From contig CP158635.1 in NCBI GenBank assembly GCA_050273025.1, positions 4,216,001 through 4,280,000 of the forward strand: DNA of 64,000 nucleotides, read 5' to 3'. Origin of the DNA: Cenococcum geophilum (Eukaryota). A program made the position numbers and the translations under genes. The notes under the pieces were generated by a model. The model searched no databases, was not told where the DNA came from, and saw only the letters and a program-made list of their open reading frames with translations. Position 1 is the first letter of the stretch. Each line of letters starts with the position of its first letter. Positions 1 through 14,454 of this stretch are shown piece by piece.

Positions 1-1002
1 AAAATAGACCTTTTTATAAGCCTTTTTAAGACGAATTAACCGAGCAGACGCCGCTAAACGAGATTTAAGGGCCTGTTGCTAAGTATTAGCAGCCTCCCGT
101 TTAGCGTCCTAAAAATAACGCAACTCTGCTAGAATAACAGATAGTTTATTATCTAGCCGCGTAGCAGTAGATTAAATATAAAACCCTAAGACAAATTAAC
201 TAGGGAACTAGACGACTGTTAAGAGTAATAGGTTATGTATATTTAGTATTAGAGATAAAACAAACGTTATAGGACGAATAAATATTCGCTTTAGTGCACT
301 TTAAGTAAGAGGACGGTTATTGCGAAGATGGGTTTACTAACGTAATACTAACTAACTTCTTTTTTAAATAGCGAGAATATGGAGATAGTATAATCTCACT
401 AAGGGATAATATTATAGCAATAGTGCGAATACAACGAGCAGTTAAAGAAGAAGAAATTGCTTTAGGTATAATAAGCAATAATATTAACTAAATTAATTAG
501 ATAGATATTACACCTCTAGTAAATAACTTAGAGATAATTAGGATCTTTAAGGATAAAAATAAAGAGAAGGGAGATAGTATTATAAACGCTTTAAGTACAA
601 TATTATAACTACTAGGGAAAGAGTTAGAAGAAGCTAGTTAGTTAATTTAGGCATAGTCTAGAATAGAGCTAATAGAACTATATAACGAGGAATAGTAACT
701 AAAGGTTATATAACGTAATCTATATAATCTATAGGATCTATATAATCCGCGATAGAGTAAATAGAGTACACGTATATTATATATAAAGAGGATTTTATAG
801 GAGTATGGTTATATATTTAAGGACCCTTAATCCCTACCTAGATAGTTTCTTCTTTATAGTAATTTTTAGAATACAATTAGAGTTAATTTATTAGGCAACT
901 ACTCCACTAGTTATTATTACGTTGTTAACTTTAATTTATATTACCTATATACCTAGCCTAATAACGAGCCTACTATAGTACCTGCTATAAGGTTTAGTTA
1001 TA
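1..1002 (+). mobile_element. 3' end of a Ty3/Gypsy LTR retrotransposon (family C), RIP-degenerate; 3' LTR at 578-1002
   Basis: Reverse-complement match to ~21252-22250. Polypurine tract AAAGAGAAGGGAGATAG (561-577) precedes a ~425-bp LTR (TAttataaacgc...ggtttagttaTA, RIP of TG...CA). The LTR end joins directly into family-A RNase H sequence. Confidence 0.9.
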
Positions 1003-4000
1003 CTTATCTAACTATATTACTAAAGGCATTCTGTCTTAATATAACGAGGATAGAGTATTATACCCTATAGTATACTTCTTAAAACGACTAAGCCTAGCTA
1101 AATATAACTACGAGATTTATAATAAGGAATTATTAGCTATTATTAGATGTTTTAAATAATGGCGACCCAAACTAGAAGGCGCTGAATTTCTAATTAAGGT
1201 CCTTAGCGACTATAAGAACCTATAGTACTTCATAACTATAAAATAGCTAAGTTATCGTTAGGCCCGCTGGTTGGAATATCTATCTTATTTCTAATTTTTA
1301 ATTATATACCGCCTAGGCGTCTAAGGTTAGAAGCCTAATACCTTAACCTAACGCTCGTAAGACGCGCTAGCCCTAGAAGAAGCGCGCTCTTACCGAAATT
1401 AGACCCTACTTTACCCTAAACTATTTAACCCTCCTACTAAAGATCTTATAGTACACATCCTTAAAATAACTAATTAATTAATTAAATAGATTATAGTTAA
1501 CAAATACCCAAATAATAAGTTTATTTAAGAGATACTTAAGCTAATATAAGATAGTATTAAACGCTCTAAAAAGATTTCTCTAAGTAAATATAAAGCCTAT
1601 AGAAACCGCTTATATTACCAAAACTGTTTAGTTATCCCTAATTATAATAAGCTTAAGCTTAAACTCCTTAAACATATATACGATTTACCTGTCGCTAGTT
1701 ACCTAGGCTAAGGAAAGACCCTAAAACTACTCTAACGGGAGTATTATTGGCCGAATATATATAATATAATATAAAGGCATATCTCTAGCTACTATATCTA
1801 CTAATAAGCTAAAGCCTCGCATAAGGCGTATAACGGTCTTTTAAAGCCATTACCTGTTCTAGACCGAAGATAGAAGGATATCTTAATCGACTTTATTATT
1901 AACCTTTCTAAAAGTAGAGGCTGCACGAACATTATAGTAGTTATAGACCGACTATCTAAAATAAGACACTTAATCGCCTACCCTAATATATTAACACCTG
2001 CCGTCGCCTAACTATTCCTAGATTACGTATAGAAACTCTATAAACTCCCCGAAATAATTATCTCTAATAAAGGCAGCTAGTTTGTCTTAACATTCTAGAA
2101 AGAACTGAATACTTAACTTTATATTAAAGTACTATTATCTACCGCGTATTATTTAGAAACGGATGGCCAAATAGAACGCGTAAATGCTATAATAGAATAG
2201 TATATTCGGATATACACGTTATATTTATAGGACAACTAGATTAACTAGCTTGTATTTATTAAGTTTACTATAAATAATTCCGTCTTAGAAACTATAAAAG
2301 TCTCCCCGTTCCTGGCTAATTATGGCTAGCACTTATAAATGGGTTTTAAACCCTTTAGTAATGTTTCTTACCCCGCTTATTACGCCTTATAAGTCGCAAA
2401 AGCAAATAAATTTGTAGAGAAGATGGAGGAACTATAATATAGGCTTAATCTGTCTATAAAGCCGCAGCAAATAAGAAACGGACCCTAGCACCGGCCTACT
2501 AAATTGGTGATTTTGTTTAGCTAGATATAAGAAATCTAAATACAAAACGACCTATTAAGAAACTTAATTAAAAGAACGCTAGCCCTTATAAGGTTAAAAA
2601 GGTTATCTCTCCTCGTGCCTACTAACTGAAGCTCCCTAATACGGTTAAAATCCACCCCATATTCTATACGTTAGTCCTCCGCCCTACTACCCCTATATTA
2701 AACGCCCTGCCTAAACAGATATAAGACCCTCCCCTACTAGTTAAAGTGGATAGTAAGAACGAGTACTTTATTAAAAGAATTAATAATATTAAGTATAATA
2801 AACGGAAACGCTAATATATATATCTTATAAAATAGAAAGGCTTTATTAAGTCCTTATAGGAACCCGTTAACTTTATAGGACTTATATAAGCCGTAGAAGA
2901 CTTTTATAAACTCTACCCAGAACTACTATAGCCCTATTTCGCAGAAGCTTAAGTTTAAAGGGGGGGTACTATTACGGGACACCCCTATAACACCTTGCAT
3001 ATATCTACCTATTTCTACCAACTTAGCAATTAAAGACTAACTACAAAATTGTTACGGGACACCCCCGTGACACCTTGCACACGTCTACCTATTTCCACCG
3101 ACTTAGCAATTAGAGACTAACCACGAAATAGCAATTTAATAGCAATCTAATGGCAATCTAACGGCAATCTACGGCATTCTGCTATATTTTGCCATATTCT
3201 ACTAAGTTCTACTAAATTCTGCCAAGTTCTGCTAGGACTATAACCTAAACCCTATCCTACCTATATACGTATTAACTAAGTAACTAAGTTAACAATATAT
3301 ACCCCTTTCTTCCCGTTTTCCTACTTTCTTTCCTTATATAACGTCTTAACCTCCTTATATAGTTTATATACATAGCTTAATAATATCTACCTTGCTATAT
3401 ATTATTGTCGCTTATACTCACTCCGTGACACTACGTTACGTCAACTACCTATATTACTATTAATATGCAGAATAAACCCAAAGTCCCTATAACGGCCGCT
3501 AGTATTATATCCGCACTCTAAAAACAATTAGTAGGGATATAGAAGTCTTTTATAGACGCCCTTAAATAGAACTAAGCCACTTTAAATTAACAATAAGCCG
3601 AATAAGAAGCATAATACTAGCAATTAATTAAGGACCTCTAAGAAGAAGTCCGCGTCCTTAAGATGCCCACGTTAGGACCTTAAGACTAAACGCTATTTCT
3701 GGAGATAAATACGCGGAATACAAGCCCTAAACCCGCAGTAGCTACTTACCCTAAGCCGACCACTATACTAAAACGATCTAAACAACTACTAGACCCTCTA
3801 GTATTTACTAGTAAACAATAAGAGCTCTAATTATTTCTAAGCTAGCTTAAAAATAAGCTAACTAGTAACGCTAACCGTTACCTAACTAAAGCTAACCAAC
3901 TCTATTAAGCCCTAAGTCGACTAGGAGGAGATATAGCTAACCTTATTAAACTGCTTTAGCCAAACTTAGTATAAAGCCTAGTTGTACTTCTTAAAGCTAT

Positions 4001-7000
4001 ATATAGTAACCTAAACTACTAAGCTACTACTTAAAGAAAGATAAACTATATAACTTAAGAAACAAAAAGTTTCCTAGCATACTTCTCTGAATTTAACTAT
4101 TATATGGAGGAAATAGGCTAGAATAACTCCGCACTAATTAACAGCCTTATTAAATCCCTAAGCCCTAAACTAAAAACCTCCCTAATAGGCGTAGACCTAC
4201 TAGGAGCCCTTAATGCCTACACAAACGTTATTAATAAACGATATAATAATATACTACGCCTAATACCGAAGCCCGCTCCATAATATAATACGGCAACCCC
4301 GCGAACGTCTACTAAGTTATTATCTCAGCCTAAGCACCCTAACGCTATAGATATTAACACTAGGACCCTAGGGTACGCCCTACTAGGGTCCTCTAAATAA
4401 GAATAATATATTAAGCTAGGCCTCTGCTTTAAATATAGAAGTAGCTCTTACCTCTCTAACCACTGCTCTGTCCCTATGCCTAAATATAAATTATAAACGG
4501 CTAATACTAGCAGCCGTTTACCGTATTAATCTCTTAGTTACTGTCCCTAATCTCTACTTAGTTCCAGCCCTATATCTAGTAAGCACTATTTATAAGGACG
4601 AAGCTATAGCTAACGTCCTATAAGAACCCTACCCTAATTACCTCTAAAAGGAAGGTCCTAGAGCTAAGTTGCTCTTTGGGACGGCTCTGCTATAGGATCT
4701 TATTAAATGCATTTAACGTCACGAACTCTAACTCTTAGGACTATAGCATAACTATTAACTGCTGTCTTTAGCAGAATAGTTAATAGGCTAACGCTTAAAT
4801 CCTAATTAATATAGGAGCTAGTAGTATAGGATTTATTAATAAGATCTTTATATAAGATAATAGTTTTACCCTAACCCCCCTTAACTAGCATATTAACGTA
4901 TTTGGATTTAATAGCAAATGTACTATCTTAGGCCGTATTACCTACGTAGTATTCCTAAGACTCTAATACCTAAACTATAAAGAATTAATTAAACTTTTCG
5001 TTACTACCCTAGGCCACTTAGTAATCCTTAAATAACCCTAGATAAAGCTATATAAGGTAACTATTAATTAGGACAACCTTAAGCTCCTATTTACCGCCTC
5101 CTATTATAAGTAGAAGTGCCTTATAACTTACTACTTAGACCCAGAACTAAAATTTAAAAAATCTACTACGATCTATTAGTCTAAAATTTCTATAACTGTC
5201 TACCCCGTACCCAAGGAATCCACCAAATTCCACCAACCCAGGAATTCTACTAAATTCTACTAATATAAGAATTCTACTAATATCTACCAAGGATCCGAAA
5301 ACTCCACTAAATTCTATAAGTTATTATTAAGCACTATACCGCCCCAAGCCAAGTAAAAGCTTAAGCTCTATATATGAAAATACTAGAAGGACTAGTATTC
5401 TACTATAAAAAGGATTCTTAAAGAACCCGAACCTAAATCTAATACTAACTCTATACCTAATACTAAACCCAAACTTAAATAAGAAACTATAAATAATCCA
5501 AGCAAGCTCGGCACCCTAGATATCCGCATAATTGGAGCTACCCCGCTAGTGTAACTTGCTAAGAAACCCAAGCATATAATCTTCGCTGTTACGATAGCCG
5601 ATATTAAGAAGGCCTTAGTACTAAAGAAGTACACTAACCCTACTATAAAGGTACTAATAGAGTATTATTATCGCCTAGATGTATTTTTATAAAAGAAAGC
5701 TAATAAGCTACTAAAATACCAACTATATAACCATAAGATCATACTTAAAGAAGGAACTTAGCCTAGATTTAGACCCTTATACGGAATGTTTTAAAATAAA
5801 CTCTAAGTACTATAAAAGTATTTAGACGAGAACCTAAATAAAGGATTTATTAGAGTAAGCTTGTTGCCTATAGCCGTACTAGTGATCTTCGTTAAGAAAC
5901 CTAGCGGTAGTCTGCGCTTCTATATAGACTACTAAGCTCTTAACGCCGTTACTGTCAAGAACTAATATCCAATCCCGTTAATATAAGAGACGCTAAACTA
6001 ACTAAGTAAGGCTTATTACTACACAAAGCTTAATATTATCTCTATATTTAACCGTCTCCGCATTATAAAAGGGGACGAATAGCTTACTACATTTCGTACC
6101 CAATATGGACTATTTAAGTACTTAGTAACACCCTTTGGCCTTATAAACGCTCTAAGCTTGTTTTAATATTATATAAATAACACCCTACGCCCCTACCTAG
6201 ATATCTTCTATACTGCTTATATTAACAACATCCTGATATATAGTAATAACCTAACCAAATATTAGAAGTACGTTAACCTTATCTTATAAGCCCTATACGG
6301 AGCTAGTTTATAATTAGATATAGATAAATATAAGTTTTATAAAATAGAAGTCCTATACCTTAGACTCCTTATTTTTATAAACGGTATATAAATGGACTTA
6401 AAGAAAGTTAAAGTAATTATAAACTAGTAAGAACCTAAGAATATTAAGGACGTAAGAGCCTTTATAGGATTTACTAATTTCTACTAATGGTTTATTAATA
6501 ACTTCTCCGCCCTAGTTTTACCCCTTATAGCTCTAACCTAAAAGGATAAAGTCTTTATCTTTAATAAGGAATATAAGAAGGCCTTTGCCTATCTAAAGGT
6601 TATATTTACTACTACGCCTATACTCTAACACTTTAACCTAAACTAAATAAGTGTTGTAGAAGCCAACTTATCTAACTACGTCACTAGAGGCATCCTGTCT
6701 CAATATAACGAGGATAGAGTATTATACCCTGTAGTATACTTCTTAAAACGACTAAGCTTAGCTAAATGCAACTATAAGATCTACGATAAGGAATTGTTAG
6801 CTATTATTAGATGTTTTAAATAATAGCGACTTAAACTAGAAGGCGCTAGATTTCTAATTAAGGTCCTTAGCAACTATAAAAACCTATAGTACTTTATAAC
6901 CACAAAACAGCTAAATTATCGTTAGGCCCGCTGGTTAGAATATCTATCTTATTTCCAATTCTTAATTACGTACTACCTAGGCGTCTAAGGCTAAAAGCCT

Positions 7001-9330
7001 AATACCCTAACCCGACGCTTATAAGACGCGCTAGCCCTAAAAGAAGTGCGCTTTTACTAAAATCAGACCCTGCTTCGCCCTAAACTATTCAACCCTTTTA
7101 CTAAAGATCTTACGGTATACGTCCTTAAAATAACTAATCAATCGATTAAATAAATTATAGTTAATAAATACTTGAATAACGAGTTTATCTAAGAGACGCT
7201 TAAGCTAATATAAGATGGCATTAGACGCTCTAAAAAGATTTCTCTAAATAAATATAAAGCCCGCGGAAACCGCTTATATTACTAGAACCGTCTAGTTATC
7301 CCTAATTACAATAAGCTTAAGCTTAAACTCCTTAAACATATATATAATCTACCTATCGCCGGCTACCCAGGCTAAGGAAAGACCCTAGAACTACTCTAAC
7401 GGGAGTATTATTGGCCGAATATATACAACATAATATAAAGATATATCTCTAGCTGCCATACCTACTAACAAGCTAAAGCCTTATATAAGATATATAACGG
7501 TCTTTTAAAGCCGCTACCTATTCCGGACCAAAGATAGAAGGATATCTTAATTAACTTTATTATTAACCTTCCTAAGAGTAGAGGCTATATAAACATTATA
7601 GTAGTTATAGACCAACTATCTAAAATAAGACACTTAATCGCCTGCCCTAATATATTAACGCCTACCGTCGCCTAACTATTCCTAGATTATATATAGAAAC
7701 TCCACGGACTCCCTAAAACGATTATCTCTAATAAAGGCGGCCAGTTTATCTTAGCATTCTAGAAAGAACTAACTACTTAACTCTATATTAAAGTACTATT
7801 ATCTACTACGTATTACCTAGAAACGGATAGCTAAATAGAACGCGTAAATGCTATAATAGAACAGTATATTCGGATATATACGTCGTATTTATAGGATAAC
7901 TGGATTAACTAGCTCGCATTTGCCAAGTTTACTGCAAATAACTCTATCTTAGAAATTATGAAAGTCTCCCTATTCCTAGCTAATTACGGCTAGCACCTAT
8001 AAATGGGTTTTAAACCCTTTAGTAATGTTCCTTACCCTACTTATCACGCCTTATAAGTCGCAGAAGCAAATAAATTCGTAGAGAAGATGGAGGAACTATA
8101 ACAGTTCCTTACTAATAAGATAATATAGGCTTAATCTGTCTATAAAGCCGCAGCAAATAAGAAATAAGCCCTAGCACTAGCCTACTAAATTAGTAATTTT
8201 GTCTGGCTAGATATAAGAAATCTAAATATAAAATAACCTACTAAGAAACTTAATTAGAAGAACGCTAGCCCTTATAAGGTTAAAAAGGTTAACTTTCCTT
8301 ACGCCTACTAACTAAAGCTCCCTAATACGGTTAAAATCCACCCCGTATTCTATACGTCAGTCCTCTACCCTGCTACCCCCGTATTAGACGCCCTGCCTAG
8401 ATAGATATAAGACCCTCCCCTACTAGTTAAAGTGGATGGTAAGAATAAGTACTTTATTAAAAGAATTAATAATATTAAGTATAATAAACGGAAACGCTAA
8501 TATATATATTTTACGAAATAGAGAGGCTTTACTAAGTCCTTATAGGAACCCGTTAACTCTATAGGACTTATATAAGCTATAAAAAACTTTTATAAACTCT
8601 ACCCAGAACTACTATAGCCCTATCTCACAGAAGCTTAAGTTTAAAGGGGGGGTACTATTACGGGACACCCCCGTAATACCTTGCACACATCTACCTATTT
8701 CTACCAACTTAGCAATTAGAGACTAACCGCGAAATGGCAATTTAATAGCAATCTAATAGCAATCTAACAGTAATCTACGGCATTCTGCCATATTCTGCTA
8801 TATTCTGCCAAGTTCCACCAAATTCTACTAAGTTCTACTAGGACCACGACCTAAACCCTATCCTGCCTATATACGTGTTAACTAAGCAACTAAGTCAACA
8901 ATATATGCCCCTTTCTTCCCGTTTTCCTACCTTCTTTCCTTACGTAACGTCTTGACCTCCTTACACAGTTTATATACATAGCTTAATAATATCTACCTTG
9001 CTATATATTATCGTCGCTTATACTTACTCCGTGACAAAAATGGCAATTTAATGGCAATCTAATGGCAATCTAACGGCAATCTATAGTATTCTGCTATATT
9101 CTACTAAGTTCTACTAAATTCTGCTAAGTTCTGCTAGGACTACGACCTAAACCCTATTCTGCCTATATATATATTAACTAAGCAACCAAGTTAATAATAT
9201 ATGCCCTTTCTTCCTATTTTCCTACCTTCTTTCCTTATATAACGTCTTAACTTCTTATATAGTTTATGTATATAGCTTAATAATATCTACCTTACTATAT
9301 ATTATCGCCGCTTATACTCACTCCGTAATA
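1003..9330 (+). mobile_element. Ty3/Gypsy chromovirus family A, copy 1 (RNase H-integrase-chromodomain part); its 3' LTR is split (2970-3049 + 9042-9330) by copy 2
   Basis: 1003-2969 is colinear with 6667-8655. PPT AAAGGGGGGGTAC precedes the LTR start at 2970. The LTR resumes after copy 2 and ends ctccgtaaTA at 9330. Confidence 0.9.
3050..9036 (+). mobile_element. Full-length Ty3/Gypsy chromovirus family A, copy 2 (gag-PR-RT-RH-INT-chromodomain), RIP-inactivated
   Basis: 381-bp LTRs at 3050-3430 (TGTTACGG...CCGTGACA) and 8656-9036. 5-bp TSD AAAAT (3045-3049 / 9037-9041). Degenerate zinc knuckle ~4425, protease LIDTGA-like ~4805, RT YIDDILIYS-like ~6220, PPT ~8643-8655. Confidence 0.93.
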
Positions 9331-11294
9331 TATATTCCTAAGGCGCTATAGGACCTTTTAAATATATTTAGTATACTTAAAAGGGTTATTGCTATAAATA
9401 AGTATATCGTCTAGGTACGTAGAGTAGAAATTATTAAGGTAGTTTTATAAAGCGTTATTAATATAGCTTTAAAAGGTACCTAGGCCGTTATATACGCTAA
9501 AGGGTATAATAGTATATTTAAATTAGCCGAAGCGCAATGCAAATACGGTTTTCTATTTATTACCTTCCTATATTTAAAAATAGTTAAAGGCGGCAATAAT
9601 GTTAAGCTTAGTATAGATTTTAGCTTAATTAAGCCACTTACGGGTCTTACGTATAAGCGGTACTGGGTATTAGTTTTTAATTATAATAGCGTTAAGTCCT
9701 CTATAGTTAATGTAAAATTAAATACCTTCTTCTAGTTTTTTAGTAAGAAGGATAGGGGCGGCTGCTAGTAATATATTAGGACGAATAAATCCTTTATTAA
9801 GGTGCTTATTAATATACTTTTTTATAACTAAAAGTTTATCTTTTAATATTAGGTAGGGTTTCTTATAAAGTAGCATTTTCCTTATTTAATATTAATGGTA
9901 TAGTTGTTAGGTTAATATAGGGGGAGTATATCTACGCCCTTTTATAAGCATATATTAGTAAAGTTATAGTACCTTTTAGAGAGGAGCTTGCGGAGTTCTT
10001 TATTAGTAAGTCCTTTTTTAAGCTTTATAAACTTCTTAAAGTCTAAAGGTGAAAGTCCGTAGAGTTCTATAGGGGCGTTATCTTCTAAAAGGTTAACTAT
10101 ATCTATCCTATTACTATAGAGGACGTAGTTTTATTCTTTATTAAGCTTATATAGTTATAATTAGAAAGCTACGGCAACGGTTTAGCCTTTTCTATATGCT
10201 ATACAGTAGAAGGCTAGGGCACTTATATAGTAGTAGTTAGTTATAGGTAGGGTAATAAGGGGTTCTGTGGGTTAATATCTTAGGGAGTAAATAGAGGTGG
10301 CTAGGCTATGCCCTAGGCAAGTCTCTCTATAGTATTTAAAGTTAAAAGTTACTTCTCTCTTCTTCTAGTCAATGGTGGGGTTATATTATTTAAGCTAGTT
10401 TATTTTAAGGATAATAGGGTAGTCGGTAAGTGGTATAATATAGGCCTAGAGTTCTTTCTGGTGCCTATTTATATCTAAGTAAAGTTATACTATATAGGTA
10501 ATCTTTTATACGGTATAACTACCGTTAGTAAGTTATAGGGCGCGGGCTTTAGTAAGGGGTAAGGTAGGTAGGTTATAAGTACACACAAATTAGGTATTTA
10601 TAAATTTATTAGTAGCTTTGCAATTAATTATAGAATAGCTTTTATATTATTTTTTAGCAGTAGTTCCTATTATAGGTAAAACTATCTATTTCCGTTTATT
10701 TATTTTTACTAAGTTATCTATTAAGCAAGCCGATATATAAATCCCTCTATTATTAGGGCGTTTTAACCTATAACTTAGAGCTAGGACTTAGCGTTTTCCA
10801 CTTTTATATCTAACTCTACCGCTATTACTGTATCTTTATCTTGTATAATAGTAGTACATAGCAACATATTTAGTATTTAGAGTATTAGGCTAGGTATTAG
10901 GCGGCGGCTACTAAACCTAGCTATTAGGTAGTTTAGGTTATTACAATAGCAGCCTTTTTAATAGTATTTATAGCAGCGTCCTAGTTTTTAGAGTAGCTCG
11001 CGCTCTCTATTTAGAAGTTTTATAGAAAGGTTAGTATAGAGAAGTTAATTGGCTCCGGTAGCACTTAAGGTAGTAGGTATTAGTAGCTTAGTGTGTATAG
11101 GTTTAATAGGCCTAAAAAGCTTCTATAGAGAGGTCTTTAGGTAAAGGTTAGCAATAGTAATCTAATTTAGTTGTCGTTCGATCTTCTATAAAGCTATTAC
11201 TATATTATAAACATTGTTATAGTTATAGCTGGCGGCTGTGTAACTAAGGCGATAAGTAACTTTTTTAAGGAGGCCCTTTTAGTCTTTGGTATTG
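9331..11294 (-). mobile_element. Internal fragment (gag-PR-RT) of Ty3/Gypsy family E
   Basis: Colinear with ~56435-58402 of the full-length family E copy. Bounded by the family A LTR on the left and Crypton 1 on the right. Confidence 0.88.
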
Positions 11295-14197
11295 ACTACC
11301 CGGCTAATCATCGGTCAGCCGAAAAATTACGTATTTAGCCAGCCACCTGGGTTAGATTCGAGGATCTCCACAGCGCCACCAGCGCCAAGCTGTGGAGAGA
11401 CGCGTATTAAGGGCCGCCTGCTAATTAAGCCGCTGATTAACGCCGACCGTAGGGTAATTGGGGCTATTAGGGCCCTAAGTATATATAAAAAGTCCTCCCT
11501 ACCTAATCCTTAATCGCGGTAGCATGTTTACTATTATACTTACTATATAAGATAGCGCTGACTAACCGCGTAGAGATTAATATCGCCAATAATACCAAAT
11601 TACGCGCTAACGCGCAATATGTCCTTGCCCTTATATATGCCGTAAGGCCTAAGAATATATCTTTAACGTATAATCTAAAGTAAAAGGAGTTTAAGGTAAT
11701 ACCCCTTTTTTAAAAGTATTGCGACCTACGGCTAACGCGTTATTTAGCTCTAGACTTTCTATAAACGGAAGCAGTACTATAACAGCGATACTATTATAGA
11801 GAATAAGCTACTTCTCTTCCTTATTAAGGAGGTTGTAAGCTAGCCCTTAAAAGGGAAGAGCTGTAAAGCCAATATTAATATACCCTAAGAGGAAACGCGG
11901 CTCTTATAGCGGTTAGTTTACGGCTATATTACTGCTTTAATAGATCTCTATTAGATGTAGAAAGCTATAGGAATAAACAGCCACCCGTTTTTATGGGAGG
12001 ATAGCGTTAGGGAGTACCTAAAGACGCTATAATAAAGGGATGCGTAGTATAAGAAAGAGTAGTTTACTAATAAGGGCAGAGATATCCTCCTTAACGGCTA
12101 TACTAAGGATGAGTTTTAAAGTGTCTACTATAAGCTTTAGGCTAGGGGCGCCGCCTTATCTCTAGAGTGCTACTTCTATATACTTATTAATATCCTACTA
12201 GGCCATTATATGCTTACCCACGGCGGTAATAGATGCTTTACTAAGATCTTAGATTTATTTACCTTTAAGTTTAAGGGTAAAAGCCCTACGCGCTATATAC
12301 CCTTAATATTTACTATATATATAGGTAAGTAGAACTAGTATAGCCGCCTTAAGACTATTAGGGCCCTATAGAATAAAAAGCTGCTTATTTATATGCTTAG
12401 CGGGCTAGCTTTCTATTTCCTATACTACTATGATTTTAGTATAGAGCGGTTTTTAGACTTTAGTAGGCGCTTAGTATAGTATAATATACGCTTAATTAAG
12501 AGCGGTAGGAACCGTAAGGTAGCCCTTTTATATAACTTATAGCGAGATTAGGTTATAAAGGCCTTTTATTATATTAGCGTCTTCTTAGAGAAGAAGATAT
12601 ATATTAGGCGGAGTGCTAGCGCTAAGACGGCGGAGCTAAAGGGGGTTAGTAAGGACTAGATTTGGCGCGCTAGAAGGTAGAACTAAGAGTAAATAGTAGG
12701 CTATTACTTAAACTCTCTCCCGTAAAAGTTTATAAGGTTAATAATAGGATACCCCTTATAAATAGGCTGCTTTAAAATCCGCTATGTAGGTATTACGCTG
12801 CCTAATATACTGCTATTAATAATATGGCCCGAACTAGATAAATAGAAGGGCTGTTTTATCCTATAGCTATACTAGATTAATAACCTTGCTACTATAGGGG
12901 TTATAAACCTTCTCTTTTACCTCTATAAGGTTATTCTATAGGACTTAGTAACCCTTTATAAGATATTCCTAAGCTATTTAGTATAAAGCTACCCTATTTT
13001 TTAGCATAAGGTATATAAGGCCTTTGCGTAGGATTTAGAGCCCTACCTATAGGAAGAGGAGGGGAGCCTAAATTAGCTATTAATTTTTTATTAAGCTATA
13101 CTACTCCTTACTAACTAACTAAAGGCTTTATATACTAAATATAAGCAGACAGCTAGTGAGGTTAAGGGCTTATTAGACTATTTAGATAAGTCTTAGCTGG
13201 CCTAATTTTTATAGCTTTAATTGCTAATATCTAAAGGCCTTATATTTTTAACTAGAAGCCCCTTTAGCTATAGCTGCGGCTACGGCTACAATATGGCCTT
13301 AGGGCTAGTCTATTAACCCCCTACATCCGCCTATAGAAGCGGCCCCTTTAGCTCTATTTATTACGTAATCTAGTAAATATATATCCGCCTAGGTAAGCAC
13401 TATAGGCTCTCCTTCTTATATAGCTTTGCTACCGCCGCCGCTATTATAGCTAGAGCTATAGTCCTAGCTAGAGCCTAGGTTTAGGTCTCCACCTATATAT
13501 TATATAAGCCGCGCGGTAAACTCCATACGGGCCCTTTAGCATAAGTGGACTAAAGGGCTAAAAGGTAATTCTTTTATAGTAGCGCTAGATTCTAAATAGG
13601 GTAGTAAATAGCGGGCCGGCCGGTAAAAGGAGGTTTAATAGTACTCCCTATGGCTTAAGGTTATTAAGGAGATTAAGTGGGTTGTGTAGGTCTAGAAGGT
13701 TAGCGAGGAAGCGGCTATATAGTAGGTTAATCTACGGCAGGAGTAGATATAATGCTTACTGGATTAGCTTTGTAAATGGCTTTAAGTGGGTAAAAAAGCT
13801 TTAAAATAATTATATATATTATCTATATCTAACTTCTAATAAGATACTAAGGGGTCCTATTATAGCCTTCGTCTATAGCCCCTTAGGGGCTTATTTTGGT
13901 ACGATATAAGTTTAATGGGGTGCTTTAAGGTGCTTGTATAATAGCGGCGCGCAACTTAAAACGCGAATATCTCCATTAACCCGCGGCCGATTCTTATAAT
14001 TTTAGTGCGAGTAGAAAGCGCTTAGCAGGCTCTACGCATAGCGCTTGACGGGTGTTAAGAGTATGGCGTTGCTGGCGATCAAAAATCGACTGTGGATATG
14101 GGGTAACATCCACAGTCGCTAAACGCACGGGCCTCCTCGCCTGCGTAATCGTGACTCAGCCGCTGAATCAGCCATACAAACGTAACTGTGGATATAC
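11295..14197 (+). mobile_element. Crypton (CryptonF-type tyrosine recombinase DNA transposon) 1, RIP-degenerate; ends approximate
   Basis: Encodes an Ndc10/Crypton-like tyrosine recombinase and GCR1_C (next feature). TATTG at both junctions (11290-11294, 14198-14202). No TIRs or LTRs. Confidence 0.78.
11575..13805 (+). pseudogene. Crypton tyrosine recombinase (NDC10_II-like) with C-terminal GCR1_C domain, RIP-inactivated
   Basis: Manual de-RIP reading gives RPKNT..YDPKQKEF, LLGHYMLTRGG, GKQNQHGRLE..GALRNK..LIC.LSGLAFY, KKTH.GRS.GAKTAELKGVSEDQI.RAGRWN...GCYL.SLP, and C-terminal Y.MSRAV.S..ALW.EWT.GL....SV.ALD.KWGS.WR. Probable intron ~11696-11753. Confidence 0.82.
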
Positions 14198-14202
14198 TAT
14201 TG

Positions 14203-14431
14203 CTATTTAATTATCGCTTAAAATTGCCAAAGGGACACTATATGTAAGTACTACTTTTCATATAGACTTATAAACATTAGATTTAGAATCTATAATAGCT
14301 ATTTATAAGTTCTGTTTATTTTGGTCTATATTAATTAATTTGTTATAGAGAAAATAGGTTAACAAATCGGTGGTTTAATTTTGGTTAGGTGGCCGAGTTT
14401 AGGGGGAAACTAAGTTTTAGGGGTCCGAGCT
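14203..14431 (-). mobile_element. 5' end of a pogo/Fot1-like (Tc1-mariner superfamily) transposon, truncated at Crypton 1
   Basis: Terminus TA|AGCTCGGACCCC with GCCACC-type subrepeats. From ~14329 the minus strand reads (de-RIP) MDQNEQNLQMAI.D.KS.VYKS.RKAAL.YSVP..TLSD..NG, an HTH_psq-like transposase start. The same terminus recurs at 62328-62392. Confidence 0.7.
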
Positions 14432-14454
14432 TAGTACAAAAGGTAGATATATCT

